Part shown: piece by piece, positions 37,244-50,287 of the stretch
Numbering within the stretch: the stretch's first letter is position 1
How the letters are laid out: every line of letters begins with the position of its first letter
Assembly: GCF_018977255.1 (NCBI RefSeq)
Contig: NW_024704742.1
Location: 124,684,001-124,748,000 of the forward strand
Reading direction: 5' to 3'
Source of the DNA: Callorhinchus milii
Taxonomy: Eukaryota
Length of the DNA: 64,000 nucleotides
The notes under the pieces: model-generated
What the model saw: only the letters and a program-made list of their open reading frames with translations
Database searches by the model: none
Told to the model about the DNA's origin: nothing
Translations under genes and position numbers: made by a program

Positions 37244-37612
37244 GTGGAGTCCTGTAGCTCAGAGTTTAGAGCGCTCGCCTTGCAAGTGGGAGATCTGGGT
37301 TTGATTTCCAGCAGTGCAAAATGTTGGGCATGTTTCGTTGGGCACTCCACATGCCTTTGTTTACCTAGCAGAAAGTAGGAACCCGGTTGTTAGTCGATTG
37401 GCAGATCGCTTTTCCGGGGTAATAATTCCTTCAAAAAAAAATACTTTGGTCACTCAAATCCACGACTGTTTGTGACTGCTGTGCGCAATTGGCTGATGCA
37501 TTTCACTCACAAAATATACAGTCAATTCACTTGACAGTATATTCTGTGAAGCGCTTTGAGACATCGCATAGGCATGATAAGGTGCTATATTAAATGCAAG
37601 GATTAGTATATT
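37244..37612 (+). mobile_element. tRNA-SINE, long subtype
   Basis: Family match from head to tail. Confidence 0.88.
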
Positions 37613-38607
37613 ATATATATTTACAGAACTCTTGTATAGCCCACAAAATATGCTTTTGTCATAAGCTTAGCAATAACTTAGGCCTAGTTTATACTGAGCT
37701 ATTTGTGGCAATTGACAATGAAAAGTACAGTATAGAGTAGTATTCAGCAGGAGCCAAAAGCAACTCTTATGCTGAAGGCAAGTTTTTGATACCAAATGAA
37801 AGACAAGGTTTCAGTAGCATTAGCTTCATTGAGAAATTGTCCCTTAAAAATAACTATTAAAAAATCATTTTTAATGTTTAATGTGCAGCTGAATCTTTTA
37901 CATAATAATTTAAAAAATCCACTTAATCATAGCTGGTCAGAAAGTTTTTTCTTAAAGTTTAAGATCACACGGAACTGCGCAAAAACTTTAAAATTCAGCT
38001 GTAATTTGCAAGTGAACCTGTTTCTATATTAAGACTCAAAAGAAGAATGTTGCGCAATTCTGCGCAACCTTAACATTCTCATAATATGGCGTTAAGATTA
38101 GATAAAAATTTCTGGAATTTCTGATATCAAGAATTTTGCACACAACCAGAACTGAACTTATGCACTCAGTTGCATGTGTACTCAACTCTTCCCAGCTCTA
38201 CAGCCGATGTGATTTAGAACTTGAAGTGTAAATCAAGCTTTTCACTCCCTATTGCTCTATTAGCAGCAATGACAAACAGCGCACAATCAGTGGTACAAAG
38301 AGACCATTCATCTGTCTGTGTGCTTGTATCTAGGGAAAAACATTGAGCAAAAGACTGTCAGTACTCTGGTGTATCTCACACCATACTCAGACTCAAATGG
38401 AACAGAACCCAATGTAATGGAAACTCCTTGATTTCAACAGAGATTTATATTCCAGATCTGATCATCGTGTGATGAGTTAGTGTGATGACGTTGATAAAAC
38501 AAAATACAATCACAAAAACATTCTTTTGCAGGCGGTGACATATAGCTGTAACATACGTTCAGTATCACAGTCAAGGGCTGACCAAAGAATTTAATCATTT
38601 CTATTTT

Positions 38608-38977
38608 GGGTTACTGTAGCTTAGTGGTTAGAGCACTCGCCTCACAAGCGAGAGGACCTGGGTTTGGTTCCCGGCAAGGTGAAACTTTGTAAAAGTTTCC
38701 TTACTCCACACGCCTCTGTTTACCCAGCAGTAAGTAGGAACCTGGTTGTTAGTCGATCGGTGGATTATTTTTACGGGGGTAATAATCCCTTCTCAAAAAA
38801 ATAATAACAATTTGGTCACTTGATCCATGACTGCTTGTGGAACACTGCTGTGTGCAATTGGCAGCCACATTTCACACACAAAACATAGTCAATTCACTTT
38901 ACACTATATTCTGTGAAGCGCTTTGAGACTTGGAGAAGACATGATAAGGCCCTATATCAAATGCAAGGATTATTATA
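38608..38977 (+). mobile_element. tRNA-SINE, long subtype
   Basis: Family match; the anticodon-like loop reads CTCACAA. Confidence 0.88.
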
Positions 38978-39125
38978 CTGTATTTACACAGCCTGGGTTA
39001 ATATCCTGATGCTGGGGCTGCAGTGGTGGTCAGTGATTAAATTCAAAATGCAGGCCAACCCTGTTCTAACGTGCCTCAGTGTAGCACAGGTCTGCCAATA
39101 GTAGCAATGTAACATAGATCTGCGG

Positions 39126-40836
39126 TTTATTGTTATCACTGTATTAGCAGACTTGCGCTAAGCCAAGAATGAGAGATACATTTCCAACTTCAAGCACTGA
39201 CTGACTGACTAGCTTCCTATGTATAGCCTAAAGCCACAGAAGCCTCCTTTCATCTCATCGTGTCTCAGCACCACTGGAAATGCTCACAAGAGCAACAGGA
39301 AGAAACATCAGCAGCAGCCAAGTGACCAGAAATGTTGATCGGTCGCTATTTTGTATACCGTGCCCCATTATAATATAGTGCCCGGTTTTATGGATCCTAA
39401 CCAATAAACTGACTATTGCCTTAATCTGTGCAAGAAAAAAAATCCATAAAATTCCATTGAAGTAAATTAATTTTGAGAGAAAAAAGTCTTACACTGAGAA
39501 TATCAGGTTACAATGGAGCTTCTTAAATAGACATTATTCGATGAGTTCTGAACTATGAATATTTGTTCTCATTATGTACAATCAGATTTTCACTGACACA
39601 AGTGTTTTTTTACAAGCAATTAAAGAAATAAACTCAAACTATCTGTGTTACTCTAATATGTCAGCCAAGTGAAATCCTGAAAACTCATACATAGATGTAC
39701 ATTATCGAATCAGCAAATTCAAGTACCACTAGGGTGAATTGATAGTTTTTTTTAGGGTAAGAAATTCTATTCAACAGGATTTTTTTATCATCACCCTTCA
39801 GTGATATTAAACCATCAGATTGTTTGTTCTAACATATCTTTGAGGCAATAGTTATTAAATCTCAAGACCAGCTGCCAGTAGTTATAGTCAAACTAATCTC
39901 AGCAAGAATGTGAAGAGTGAAATAGTTTCTTGTTTTCATTCAACTTCCAGATCTTAATTAATGGTTGCTTACTAGTCAGACACAACACAGACAAAATGTG
40001 AGTTTGGCTAATAATACCATACAATACAAATATAAAATTACATTTGTGAAGCGCCTTTCACGTCAGAAGGACATCCCAAATCTATGAAATCACCATTGTT
40101 TTAAATTGGTGGTTGATCATACAATTAAAGGCACTACATATGCTTGAACACAGTCAGCCTACATACATTTAAGACAAAAGTGTCTTAAAGATTAAGCCCA
40201 GGTGGAATTCTGAGCCTATCATGGCCATTTATCACAATCAAAGTAACTGATTCAAAGGGCAAGAGGTTTGACACCCTACTGATTAGAACAGTGTAAGAAA
40301 TAAAATGACTTCAAATGTACAAATATGCTATGAATAATATACAATAAAAACATCAAATATGTACACTGTATTAACAAATGAAAAGAGACTTTGGTTAACC
40401 TTTTTTCCATCCTTGGCAATGTAATTTACCAGAAGCTGACAATAAAACTGTTCTGCACATATTACATGTACAGTATACGCAAACGATTGCCTGGGAGTAT
40501 TAAAATCTACTGTGCAGCTTTATGATGATGGGATTGGGGGGGGTGGGGGGTTGGGGGAGGTAGGGCAAAGTGAGTGCAGACATGGGGAAAGAAGGGAATA
40601 GAGGGGCATAGGGGGGTATTAGGAGAGGTGGAAGCTTGCATGGAGTATAAACACCGCAACAGATTAGTTGGTCTGAATGGCTTGTTTCTGTGCTGTACAG
40701 TGTACTTTATTCTATGCAAATTATTTTCATCTCTTTCTCATTCTAACTTTACAGCTTTCTTTAATGATCCAATGAAAGGCTAGCAACATGCACAACCTTC
40801 CATTCTTCTGTGTTTCTAAGAGCTTCTTGGGAACAT
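39126..40836 (-). other. Putative ITGA1 3' UTR ending near an AATAAA at 39126-39131
   Basis: Repeat-poor AT-rich sequence after the stop codon; minus-strand AATAAA at 39126-39131. The true poly(A) site cannot be determined from sequence alone. Confidence 0.4.
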
Positions 40837-40875
40837 TCACATCTTTTCTTTTAAAGGGCGTTTGAAAAAGCCAGC
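40837..40875 (-). CDS. ITGA1: Integrin alpha-1-like last coding exon (AGFFKRPLKEKM*)
   Basis: tcacag acceptor. GFFKR motif followed by the short basic tail RPLK.KM characteristic of alpha-1; TGA at 40837-40839. Confidence 0.95.
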   Translation of the reverse strand, partial: AGFFKRPLKEKM

Positions 40876-41902
40876 CTGTGAATAAAAACAGAATCGTATC
40901 GACTTAAAATTATATTCCTTTTACAAACAAAGAATCACATGCTTATACTGTTCAGAATCTAACAGGCAGATTTTCAGACTGTGAGATCGTTAGGTTGTAA
41001 ACTTTGGGGATTGATGTTATTGGTATTACTGTGGACAAGTCTGAAGAGGTCAAAAATAGTTTACTGTCTTGGCTTAAGAACATGCAGAATATTTAAAAGT
41101 GGTAAATTCAATCTTAATTTGGAAGACCGGTAATTTTAAGAACTGCAGAAATCTTACAACAACAACCTGTACTTATATAGTGCCCTCCACACAGGGTAGC
41201 TAGTGTCTCAGAGTGCTAAGCAGTGGTGCAGCCTGACTCCAAACTGGGGGGGGGGGGAGGTCACCGTAAGCACAATTGAAAAGGAAGGTTTTCAGTCGGG
41301 ATATGAAAAAGGGGAGAGGGGGCAAGGTGGAGGGATTGAGGGAGAGTGTTCCACAATTTTGGGGCAATAAAATTGCGTCTCAAAGCGTTTTACCTAAGGT
41401 ACTGTATTTTATGTATTTTGTAGGCGAATGCTGTAGCCAATTTACACACAGCAAAGTTCCACAAACAGCCAAGAAGGTCAGAGGTGAGATTGCTAATAAT
41501 TGAGCCAGCCTGGCTCACACAGATTAAAAAAAAGCATGAAGTCAAAAACGTATTCATGCTTTTTTAAAATTAGGCACTTCAATTATAATTCTGTCCAGGC
41601 ATTCCTCTATGAAAAAAAACACTGCTTTGAAACACAGTAGATTTTCTTACTACACTTCAAAAATGCACAATACAGCAAGAATTTGGATTCAGAAATATTA
41701 TTGAATAGATATTCTGTTCATCTTGCTTCTTTGCAGCTGCGATAATCTTGACTTAAAGTGGAAATTGCTTTACTTCGAAGCATTAAAATGCTGAATCTTT
41801 AAAAATGGCTACGTTTTACCAATCCCTGTACTGCCTATTAAATATGAAGGGGAATAAAGAATTTTTGCTTTGCAATTGGTTCTAAGGCAATGTGACACTT
41901 AC

Positions 41903-42016
41903 CTTCCACAGCCCAAATATTAAAAGTGCAAGAAGTAACAGGCCAGCAAGTACACTCAGCACGATAACCCATATAGGGATTCCCCCACGTAATTCTTTTG
42001 TCACAGTTAAAGTCAC
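41903..42016 (-). CDS. ITGA1: Integrin alpha-1-like transmembrane exon (VTLTVTKELRGGIPIWVIVLSVLAGLLLLALLIFGLWK)
   Basis: ttacag acceptor, gtaagt donor, 114 nt. Canonical integrin alpha TM segment P.WVI.LS..AGLLLL.LLI..LWK. Confidence 0.95.
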
Positions 42017-42569
42017 CTGTAAGTTGAAAGAAAGCAAACCGTAAGCATTTGGATTTGCTAATATGAGAAGAGTTTTAAAAAAATCAGAAACACTTTATAA
42101 CAATCTGAAATTCCAGTTATATGAAGTACTTTTGGCGAGGCACCATTATCCACGACTGTTTGTGGGACACTGCTGTGCACAATTGACTGCCATATTTCGC
42201 CCACAAAATATAGTCAATTCACTTCCCAGTGTATTCTGTGAAGCGCTTCAAGACATCTAGAAGACATGAAAAGTGCTATATCAAATGCAAGGATTATTAT
42301 TTTATATTATTATAAAGGGGTACTTATAATGTCTTTGGTGTTAGTACATGTAGTGCCTTTGACGTTAGTGGACAACATTACCAAAGGCACTATATGTACC
42401 ATTGACTGGATTAGTTGGGCTGCTTCCATGTGCGACTCCATCATGCATTAGACTTCCATTTAGTGGGATAATGGGTCAGCTCCAATCTTTCTATTGTTTT
42501 TCAACAGTATTCTACTGATCGGATGCCCAATGTGCAGCCTGGCTGATGTCTTGGGGCAATGGTTCTAAT

Positions 42570-43280
42570 GACAATAACAACAATTTGCACTTATATAGTG
42601 CCCTCCATGCAGGGTAGCGTCCCAGAGCGCTTAACAGTGGCGGAGTTTGACTCCGAGCCGGGGTGGGGGAAGATGGCGTAAGCAGGTCGAAGAGGAAGAT
42701 TTTCAGGCGGGATTTGAAAAAGAGAGTGGGCAAGGTGGAGGGACTGAGGGAGAGTGTTCCAGAGTTTCGGAGCGTAGTGACTGAAAGCGTGACCTCTGAT
42801 GGTGGGGCAGAGGGTGCGAGGGATGGGCTGGAGGCTGGTGCCTGTTGAGCGGAGGTGCTGGGTGGTGGATAGGGGAGTGAGGAGGTCGGAGAGGTAAGGA
42901 GTACTCCAAGCAGGAGGTGACAAACGCATGCACAAGAGTTTTCGCTGCATTTGGTACGGTCTGAGATGGGCAATGTGGAGGAGATGGAAGAAGGAGGTCC
43001 TAGTCAGGTACTAGATGTGGGGGAGGAAGGACAGCTCAGGGTCAAACCAGATGCCTAGATTGCACACTGGTTCAGTGAGTCTGAGGGAGAGCCCAGGGAA
43101 GTTGAGGAGTTCAGATGCACAAGAGTGAAGACGTTGACATGAGCCAAGAAGTATGGCTTCTGTCTTGTCCACATTCAGCTGCAGGAAATTTGTCCAGGCC
43201 CTGCCAGACAAGCTGATAGAACATCAGCAGACCTGGAGTTGGTACTGGAGGAGGCAAAGTAGATTTGTGTGTCATCAATA
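42570..43280 (-). mobile_element. L2 LINE fragment (second subfamily), internally deleted
   Basis: NFLQLNVDKTEAILLGS and AFSHYAPKLWNTLP remnants; (GTT)n tail. Confidence 0.85.
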
Positions 43281-44142
43281 AAGATTATTAATCCTTGCAT
43301 TAGATATAACACCTTGTCATTGCTGGACTGTCTCAATGTACTTCACGGGGTATTGGTTGTTTCATTTGCCTACCAAAAATACACAGTGACTTTGTATTTT
43401 TGGTAAGCAAACTCGACAACTAATTTACACATAGTAATGTCCCACAAACAACCATGAAGTAAGTGAGCAATTTTTTATTTGGGGGATTGTTGGCCAGGAC
43501 ATGGGATCTTTAATGTCCATCTGCACAGGAAGATAGGGCCTGGGTTTAACATCCGAAGGACAGGACACCCTAATATACAACACACACCAGTACTGACTAA
43601 AGTGCCAGCCTAGACTGTGAGGTCAACATGCTGATATGGGACTTTGTGAACTGTTTTGGTGGGGTGGGGGTGGGGGTGCGCAGAGTGACCAACACCAACA
43701 CAGCAACTCATCGACTGATAATTAACACATTAAGTAAATAAAACATCCCAGTTTTCACTGCAGTTGTTTGCACACTGACATTTCTGAGTTCTGCGGTATT
43801 GTTCTGCACAGGCTCTGATATTTGTTTGAACAGAAAATGCTTCTGTATTCCCCATAAAATATTCTACAATGAGCAACTTCATAGTTACTGCTGGCAGGCT
43901 CTGGTATCGTGCAGCGTACAGAGTTTCCCACACACAGTCATTCTTTGACTGTGTAATCGCTTACTTCTGGTCTAACTAACTACATGCTAACGATTCTGGG
44001 CCAGAAATTCACCTTCTGTTTCTGAAGATTTGGACAGAGGATAATTTTCCTTAAACTATAAAATTTCTATGGACTATGTAAATATCTTCGGGTTCTATTC
44101 TGGATCTAGTACAGTCCTCTTATAAAAGCTTTACTGAATAAG

Positions 44143-44982
44143 AGCTAACTTTCTTCTGTTGAACGTCAACAAGACCGAGGCTCTCCTGATTGGCTGCTAT
44201 CAGTGCCTCCTCACCTCAGGCGCTGACCCCATCACCATCCATGGTTGCACACTCCACTTGCTAAGCCAGTCCAGAAACTTGGGTTCTTGTTTGACCCTCA
44301 ACTATCCTTTCTACCCCACATCTGCGCCATGACCCGCTCTGCTTTCCCCTACCTCCGCAACATTGCCCGGCTCCGACACTGTCTCACTCCGCAGGCCACC
44401 GAAACCCTCACGCATGCTTTCATTACATCGAGGCTCAACTGTGCAAACTCATTGCTTGTCGGCCTCCCCAACTCCTCCCTCCATAGGCTGCGGATCATCC
44501 AGAACTCTGCAGCCCGTGCCCTCTCCCGCACCAGGCTCTGCGACTCTATCAACTCCATCCTCGCCCAACTCCACTGGCTTCCCATCGCACAGAGGATACA
44601 GTTCAAGATCCTGAACCTCACCTTCAAAGCTCTCCACAGTCTTGCTCTCTCCTACCTCTCCGACCTCCTAACCCCCTACCACCCTGTTTGCTACCTCCGC
44701 TCAGCGGGCTCCAGCCTGCTTCACGTCCCCCCCTATCGGCGGGCAGGCCTTCCACTACTCTGCACCTACCCTCTGAAACTCCATCCTGCAGTCCCTCCGT
44801 CTCACCCCCTCCCTCGCCACCTTCAAGACCTTCGTCTTCGACCATGCTTTCGATCCCCCTGCTTCCCCCCCTCCCCCACCCCGACCCTCGGCTCGGGTCC
44901 ATAACTCTGTCTGTCCAGTGCCTTGGGACGTTCTCCCGATGTGAAAAGCGCTATACAAATATAATTTTATTGTTGTTGTTGT
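44143..44982 (+). mobile_element. L2 LINE 3' part
   Basis: ORF 44245-44904 is an L2 ORF2 C-terminus; hairpin and (GTT)n tail. Confidence 0.92.
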
Positions 44983-47900
44983 TTACTATAGCTTAAATTC
45001 ACTGAAATACAATTGCAGTCTGCCTTCATTTACCTACCATGCTATTATCATAATGCTAATAATAATCCTGGCATTAAATATAGCACATATAACATCAAAA
45101 CATCCTAAAGTGCTTCACGTGTAATTGCAGTCAAGTGACTAGGCATCTGTAAGCAAATGCAGCAACCATTTTAATAATAATAATCCATGCATTTGAGATT
45201 ATTACAAAAGTCATTAGTCTGCAAAATAAACAGTCACTACACTTCACAGTAAATCATGTGAGATGTTTTGAGAGGTCCTATCAACTTGAAAAGATGTTAT
45301 ATCGAATGCAAGGATTTAAGCCTACAAACTATACAGTCAATTCACGTTAAAGTATATTCTGTGAAACGCTTTGAGACATCTCGAAGAAATGATGAGGCAG
45401 TATATCAAATGCAAGGATTATTATTATTAAATAACACCATATCATGTCATTGAGACGACTCAAAACGCTTCGCAGAGTACAGTATAGTCTAAAGTGAATT
45501 GACTGTATATTTTGTGGGCGAAACATAGCAGCCAATTAGGCACAGCAATGTCACACAAAAGTCGTGGATTGAGTGACCAAATTGTTATTATTATTTTGCA
45601 TGCTTAAGTTTCCCGGAAACAGCCATGAAATGAATGAACAATTTTTCTGGAGGACTGTTTGTCAGGAGACCTATCTTTTCGAAGAGTATCATGTGAATAA
45701 GACAGCAGCTGTTACACTATCGAGGCCCTCATCTCTGCTGGATCCTAAGAAGCAAGTACAGTACTTTGCAAAAGAAAACTAGCAAACCAATCATTATCGA
45801 AACTTTCAAACACCTCTTAGTGAATGGTCACAGAGCAAAATGAGAGGAAGCTGCGAGCTGGCTGTTTACCCAATCCGTTAGCTACAAAGTGACACTGTAT
45901 AAATGATAGAATAGTACAATGTAAGAGTGAGTTAACAGAAATCATTACTGAAATCATTTATGGAGAATGATTGTAACTATTTGTTTGGACTGGTTACAAC
46001 AGCTTAAGAAAGGAATGGAACTAGAATAGGCCATTTGGTCCATTAACTCCCTTCTTTCCACAGACCACACAAATTGTAACTCTAGCTCTTCCACCCACTT
46101 AAACTCCTGGGAGAAACCTCTGGATCACAAAGGTGATGGAGCAAAAACTCCAGAAGGTTCATATATTCCTATAACTCTCCTGTTCCAACCTGCCATTTCC
46201 GCAAACAACATTCTCCCCACCCCCGAGCCCCACACCCCAGGAAGACTAAAGTAATTGTGTCCCATTGAGTATTTGATCACTTCCGTCTGTATTATTTCCC
46301 TCTATACCGTCCACCATTGTTCACAGACAGATATTTATATTGTTCTTTTTTGAAGGAGTTAATTCAGCAGAATCTTTTACACATAACACCAACAAATTAT
46401 ATTTGTATAGCGCCTTTCAGATGTTGAGAACATCCCAAGGGGCGGCTGCACAGTCAAGGCTTTGCACTCTAGCTTGGAGTTGGGATCGGGTGGAGGGAGT
46501 GTGAAGGAAGGTACAGGTAGGAAGTTATAACTTCACAGGACAAGATTTGAAAAAAATCTATTAGTGGTCTCTAGTTAGATCTCGATTTCAGTCAGTGTCT
46601 GTTGCTTATTGCAACCCCTTGTATGTATAGGCATTTGAGATTCTTTACTGAAATCCTTATGATTTTAGATTTGAAGACAAATACCTTAAAATTTATAATG
46701 ATGCCGAATATTATAAGATTCTTCCATTTACTCCATCGTAATTTATTGCAGTCCTGAGTTTATTAATTTTCCCAAATTCTACAAGTTCTTAAATATTAAG
46801 AATAAGATTAGATTTTTTAAAAAAATGTCTTGACAACTCACCAGCCATTGATTTAATGACTGGATAATTCCCAGCACTGCACCGGAATGTCAGTCTAGAG
46901 TGTAAGCTGATATGGAAACCGCCAACCTCCTGATTCAGAGATGAGTGGTGAAATTCAACATGCTTCCCCTCCCCCAATACTATTTAGCTTATCCCGTTAC
47001 CCCCTTCAGTTTGGGTCAATTGTATGAAGTGATTTGAGATGTCCTTGTGACATGGAAGGTGTTATATAAAATGTAAATTGTTGTTGTTTCTGCCAACTGA
47101 ACCAGGCTGACACAAATGTCTGTGGAGATATAATCCAACTTGAAATTGATACCTAAATATGAGAAGGACAACCCTATAGAAAATTGTCTCAACAGATTCA
47201 GATCTTTGTACAATCTAACAATTAATTTCACGCAGGATTACCTGTCCTGCCTGACTATCTAACCAACCTGTTCAATTAAATTGAGTTATTATAAATGACG
47301 TGTGTGTGCATAACAAAAAATTGACATGACTGATTTCTAGCGAGGTAACATGATACAAGAGTTTATTTAACCTGGAACAAATGATTAAGTACATTTGACA
47401 CATTCCTAAAATTCATCCTCCAGCGAAATAGAAATGATTCTTTAGTATTACCTTGAAACTGAATACAGATAAAGACCAACTTTGCTAAATCTTCAATTTC
47501 TGATGCTCAAAAAATGAGAGATCCACAAAATTATTTCTCTGTACACTATTCAGAAAGTACCATCTAAAAGTAGAGCTCAAACATATTCACTTAATCTCAT
47601 GAGATTTGTATTTCCTGACTTGTTGGTTAAAGAGTAGTTTCAGCGGAGGACAGAAGGAAGAGAAGAACAAAAGACCACTGTCCTCAGAGTGATGTCACTG
47701 TGTAGACAGCAGTACTGCTCTCATACTGACTCTAATGGTTCTTAAATACCGAGAAGTAATTGGAGCCAAACGGGATAACAGAGTACAACTGTTTTAGCCC
47801 AGACATATAAACTCAAATGATAATCCTTTAGGACTGGAGGCATGATAGGCAGACGATGCTGCTTCTCAATATCTAGCTGTTAGTTATTTCAACACTGCAC

Positions 47901-48064
47901 AACGATGCTGAGATAATGAATTCTAACATTTTAAGGAATGTCAGTATGTCAGACAGTAACCATTGCTGAAAACAAGGTAAGGCTGATGTGTTATTGTATG
48001 TGGACATACTGAATAATATCACGTTATCAATTATACAACTGATGAGGAGATTTAAAAAAAAACA

Positions 48065-48625
48065 TAGTCTACTCCATGTCTCCCGCCCGACCCACCCTTC
48101 CATCGGTAGCCGGGCTTTCAGCCTCTCTGCCCCCACACTCTGGAACTCCATCCCACAGTCCCTTCACCTCGCTTCCTCTCGTGCCTTCTTCAAGGCCGGT
48201 TTCAAGACCCTCCTCTTCGATCGTGCCTTCGGTCGCCATCCCACCTCTCTGCCTTCCCTCATCCCTACTTGACCCCTCCTCCATGCTCAGATCCTGATCC
48301 CTGACTGTCCAGTGCTTTGGGACGTCCTCCCGACATGAAAGGCGCTCTATAAATGTAATTTTGTTGTTGTTGTTGCTTGCCTTACATGAGAAGGTTGTGG
48401 ATTCTGCCACTGTTGCAGTGCAACGATGAGACAATAATAACCACATTTGTATAGCATCTTTCATGTCGGAAGTACGTCCCAAGGTGTTAGACAGTTAAGG
48501 GTTTACACTCAAGCTGGGGGTTGGAATCAAGAGAGGTGAAGGGTAGGGGGTGTGGGATCGGAGGGAGAGCTTGATATGGGCCTTGAAGGAGGCAAGGGAT
48601 GGGACGAGGCAGAGAGATTCTGGGA
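48065..48625. mobile_element. Two L2 3' ends, tail to tail (48065-48375 +, 48430-48625 -)
   Basis: GSRAFSLSAPTLWNSIP remnant; L2 tails face each other. Confidence 0.8.
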
Positions 48626-49134
48626 TGTTAAAAGTGAGATTTCATCTGCTTATTCAAGTGGACTTTATTTGAAAAGAAATGGGATTGTCTCTACGGCAAA
48701 CAATCCGTCAGATAAAATTGGTCATTCACGTCATGACTATTTGTTGGTCATTGCACTGCACAAATTGGCTGTCACATTAGTCTACAAAATAAACAGTCAC
48801 TGCACTTTACAGTAAATCATGTGAAACGTTTTGAGAGGTTCTCCCGACTTGAAAAGATGTTATATCAAATGCAAGAATTTAAGTCTACAAAATATACAGT
48901 CAATTCACTTTACAGTATATTCTGTTAAGTGCTTTGAGACGTCTCGAAGACGTGTTAAGGTGCTATAGCAAATGCAAGGATTATTATTAGGATAACCTTG
49001 GTTGTAACTTTGTTAAATGTTATACACTTGGATGGATGTAAGAACTTTAACATATTCCTGATTAGTGTTCAGTAGCCAAACCTTGAACTTCAAAGGAAAT
49101 TGATAATCAATAAAGACAGAAGATAATGACTCAC

Positions 49135-49230
49135 AGTGCTTTTTTCCATTGCTTTGTTGAGTACGATTAACTGTGAATCTTCAATCATTAACGTGGAAGT
49201 TACATTTAAACCTATTGAATAAAAGTGTGC
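49135..49230 (-). CDS. ITGA1: Integrin alpha-1-like exon (AHFYSIGLNVTSTLMIEDSQLIVLNKAMEKST)
   Basis: ttacag acceptor, gtgagt donor, 96 nt, phase 0/0. Confidence 0.87.
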
Positions 49231-50179
49231 CTGTAATGGGAGAAAAGAAATGCTTATTAAAATAACCAAGTAAATTGTAATGCAGTTTTGTCTGGTTGGG
49301 CAAAAACCAGTATGAGAAACATTACACAGCTTAGCATTTCACAAGATCATGAGAGAAGTTTGCATGAAAAGGGTAATTAGGTCCATTTGGTCTCAGTTAA
49401 TTTAGAAAAGTCATCCTTCCATCACAGCATCAAACTGTTTTTAAAGAAGTCCAGTGTATTGTCTTCAACCACTCCGATAAACTATGCTAGCTGTAAATTA
49501 TCATCTGTGTTAAGAGATATTTCCTGATGTTTGTCTTGAAATTTCCCTTTGCAACTAAAAAGCTTTGTTCTCCTGTCTCGGTGCATCCAAAGGAATTTAA
49601 CTGATTTAGCAATGTAGTCCAACATCCTGTTTGTTTATTGTTGACTCACACTGTTTTGACATGGTGAGCGACAAGTCAACTATTACGCCTGATCTCTTTC
49701 AGCTTCTCATTAGCATGTTCTGTCCCATCCATAGAGTGCATAAATCTTCTATTCTTACTTTCCATACGTAGCATTTTGCGCATATCTGTATTGAGCTTCA
49801 TTTGCCAGTCATCACATTACTACCTTACACTGGGTCTGTTAATCTAAGTTATTAATGTTACAAGGAACAGGAGGGATCATAGTACAGTCCCCAGAGGCAC
49901 CCTGCTTTAATACTTTCTCACATTTTGTCCTAGTTTCTCTAAGAGTCCTCTGCTTATTTCTCTTCAGCCAATTTCAAATCCATGTCTTTGACTTAACTCT
50001 GAATCAATACGGGACAGAGCATTGCACAGGAAGGGAGTTTACATGTGGGAAGATGTTGAAGAGAGAATCTAATGAAAAATATAAAATAGAAAGACCGACA
50101 AAACTGCTTGCAGAAGCATAAATTTCATCAGTTTATTTACACAGAGCTGGTGATCAGTATTGTAATCCACTTTACTTAC

Positions 50180-50287
50180 TTTAATGAAAGAAGGTTTCCA
50201 TAGTCTAAATGAAATATTAACCTGGACCATACTTGAGGGATCCAAAGTACAAAAGAAGGATGCACATCCTGCAGGATGTTCACATTG
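50180..50287 (-). CDS. ITGA1: Integrin alpha-1-like exon (QCEHPAGCASFFCTLDPSSMVQVNISFRLWKPSFIK)
   Basis: taatag acceptor after a polypyrimidine tract, gtaagt donor, 108 nt. QVN.S..LWKP.FIK is ITGA1-typical. Confidence 0.92.
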
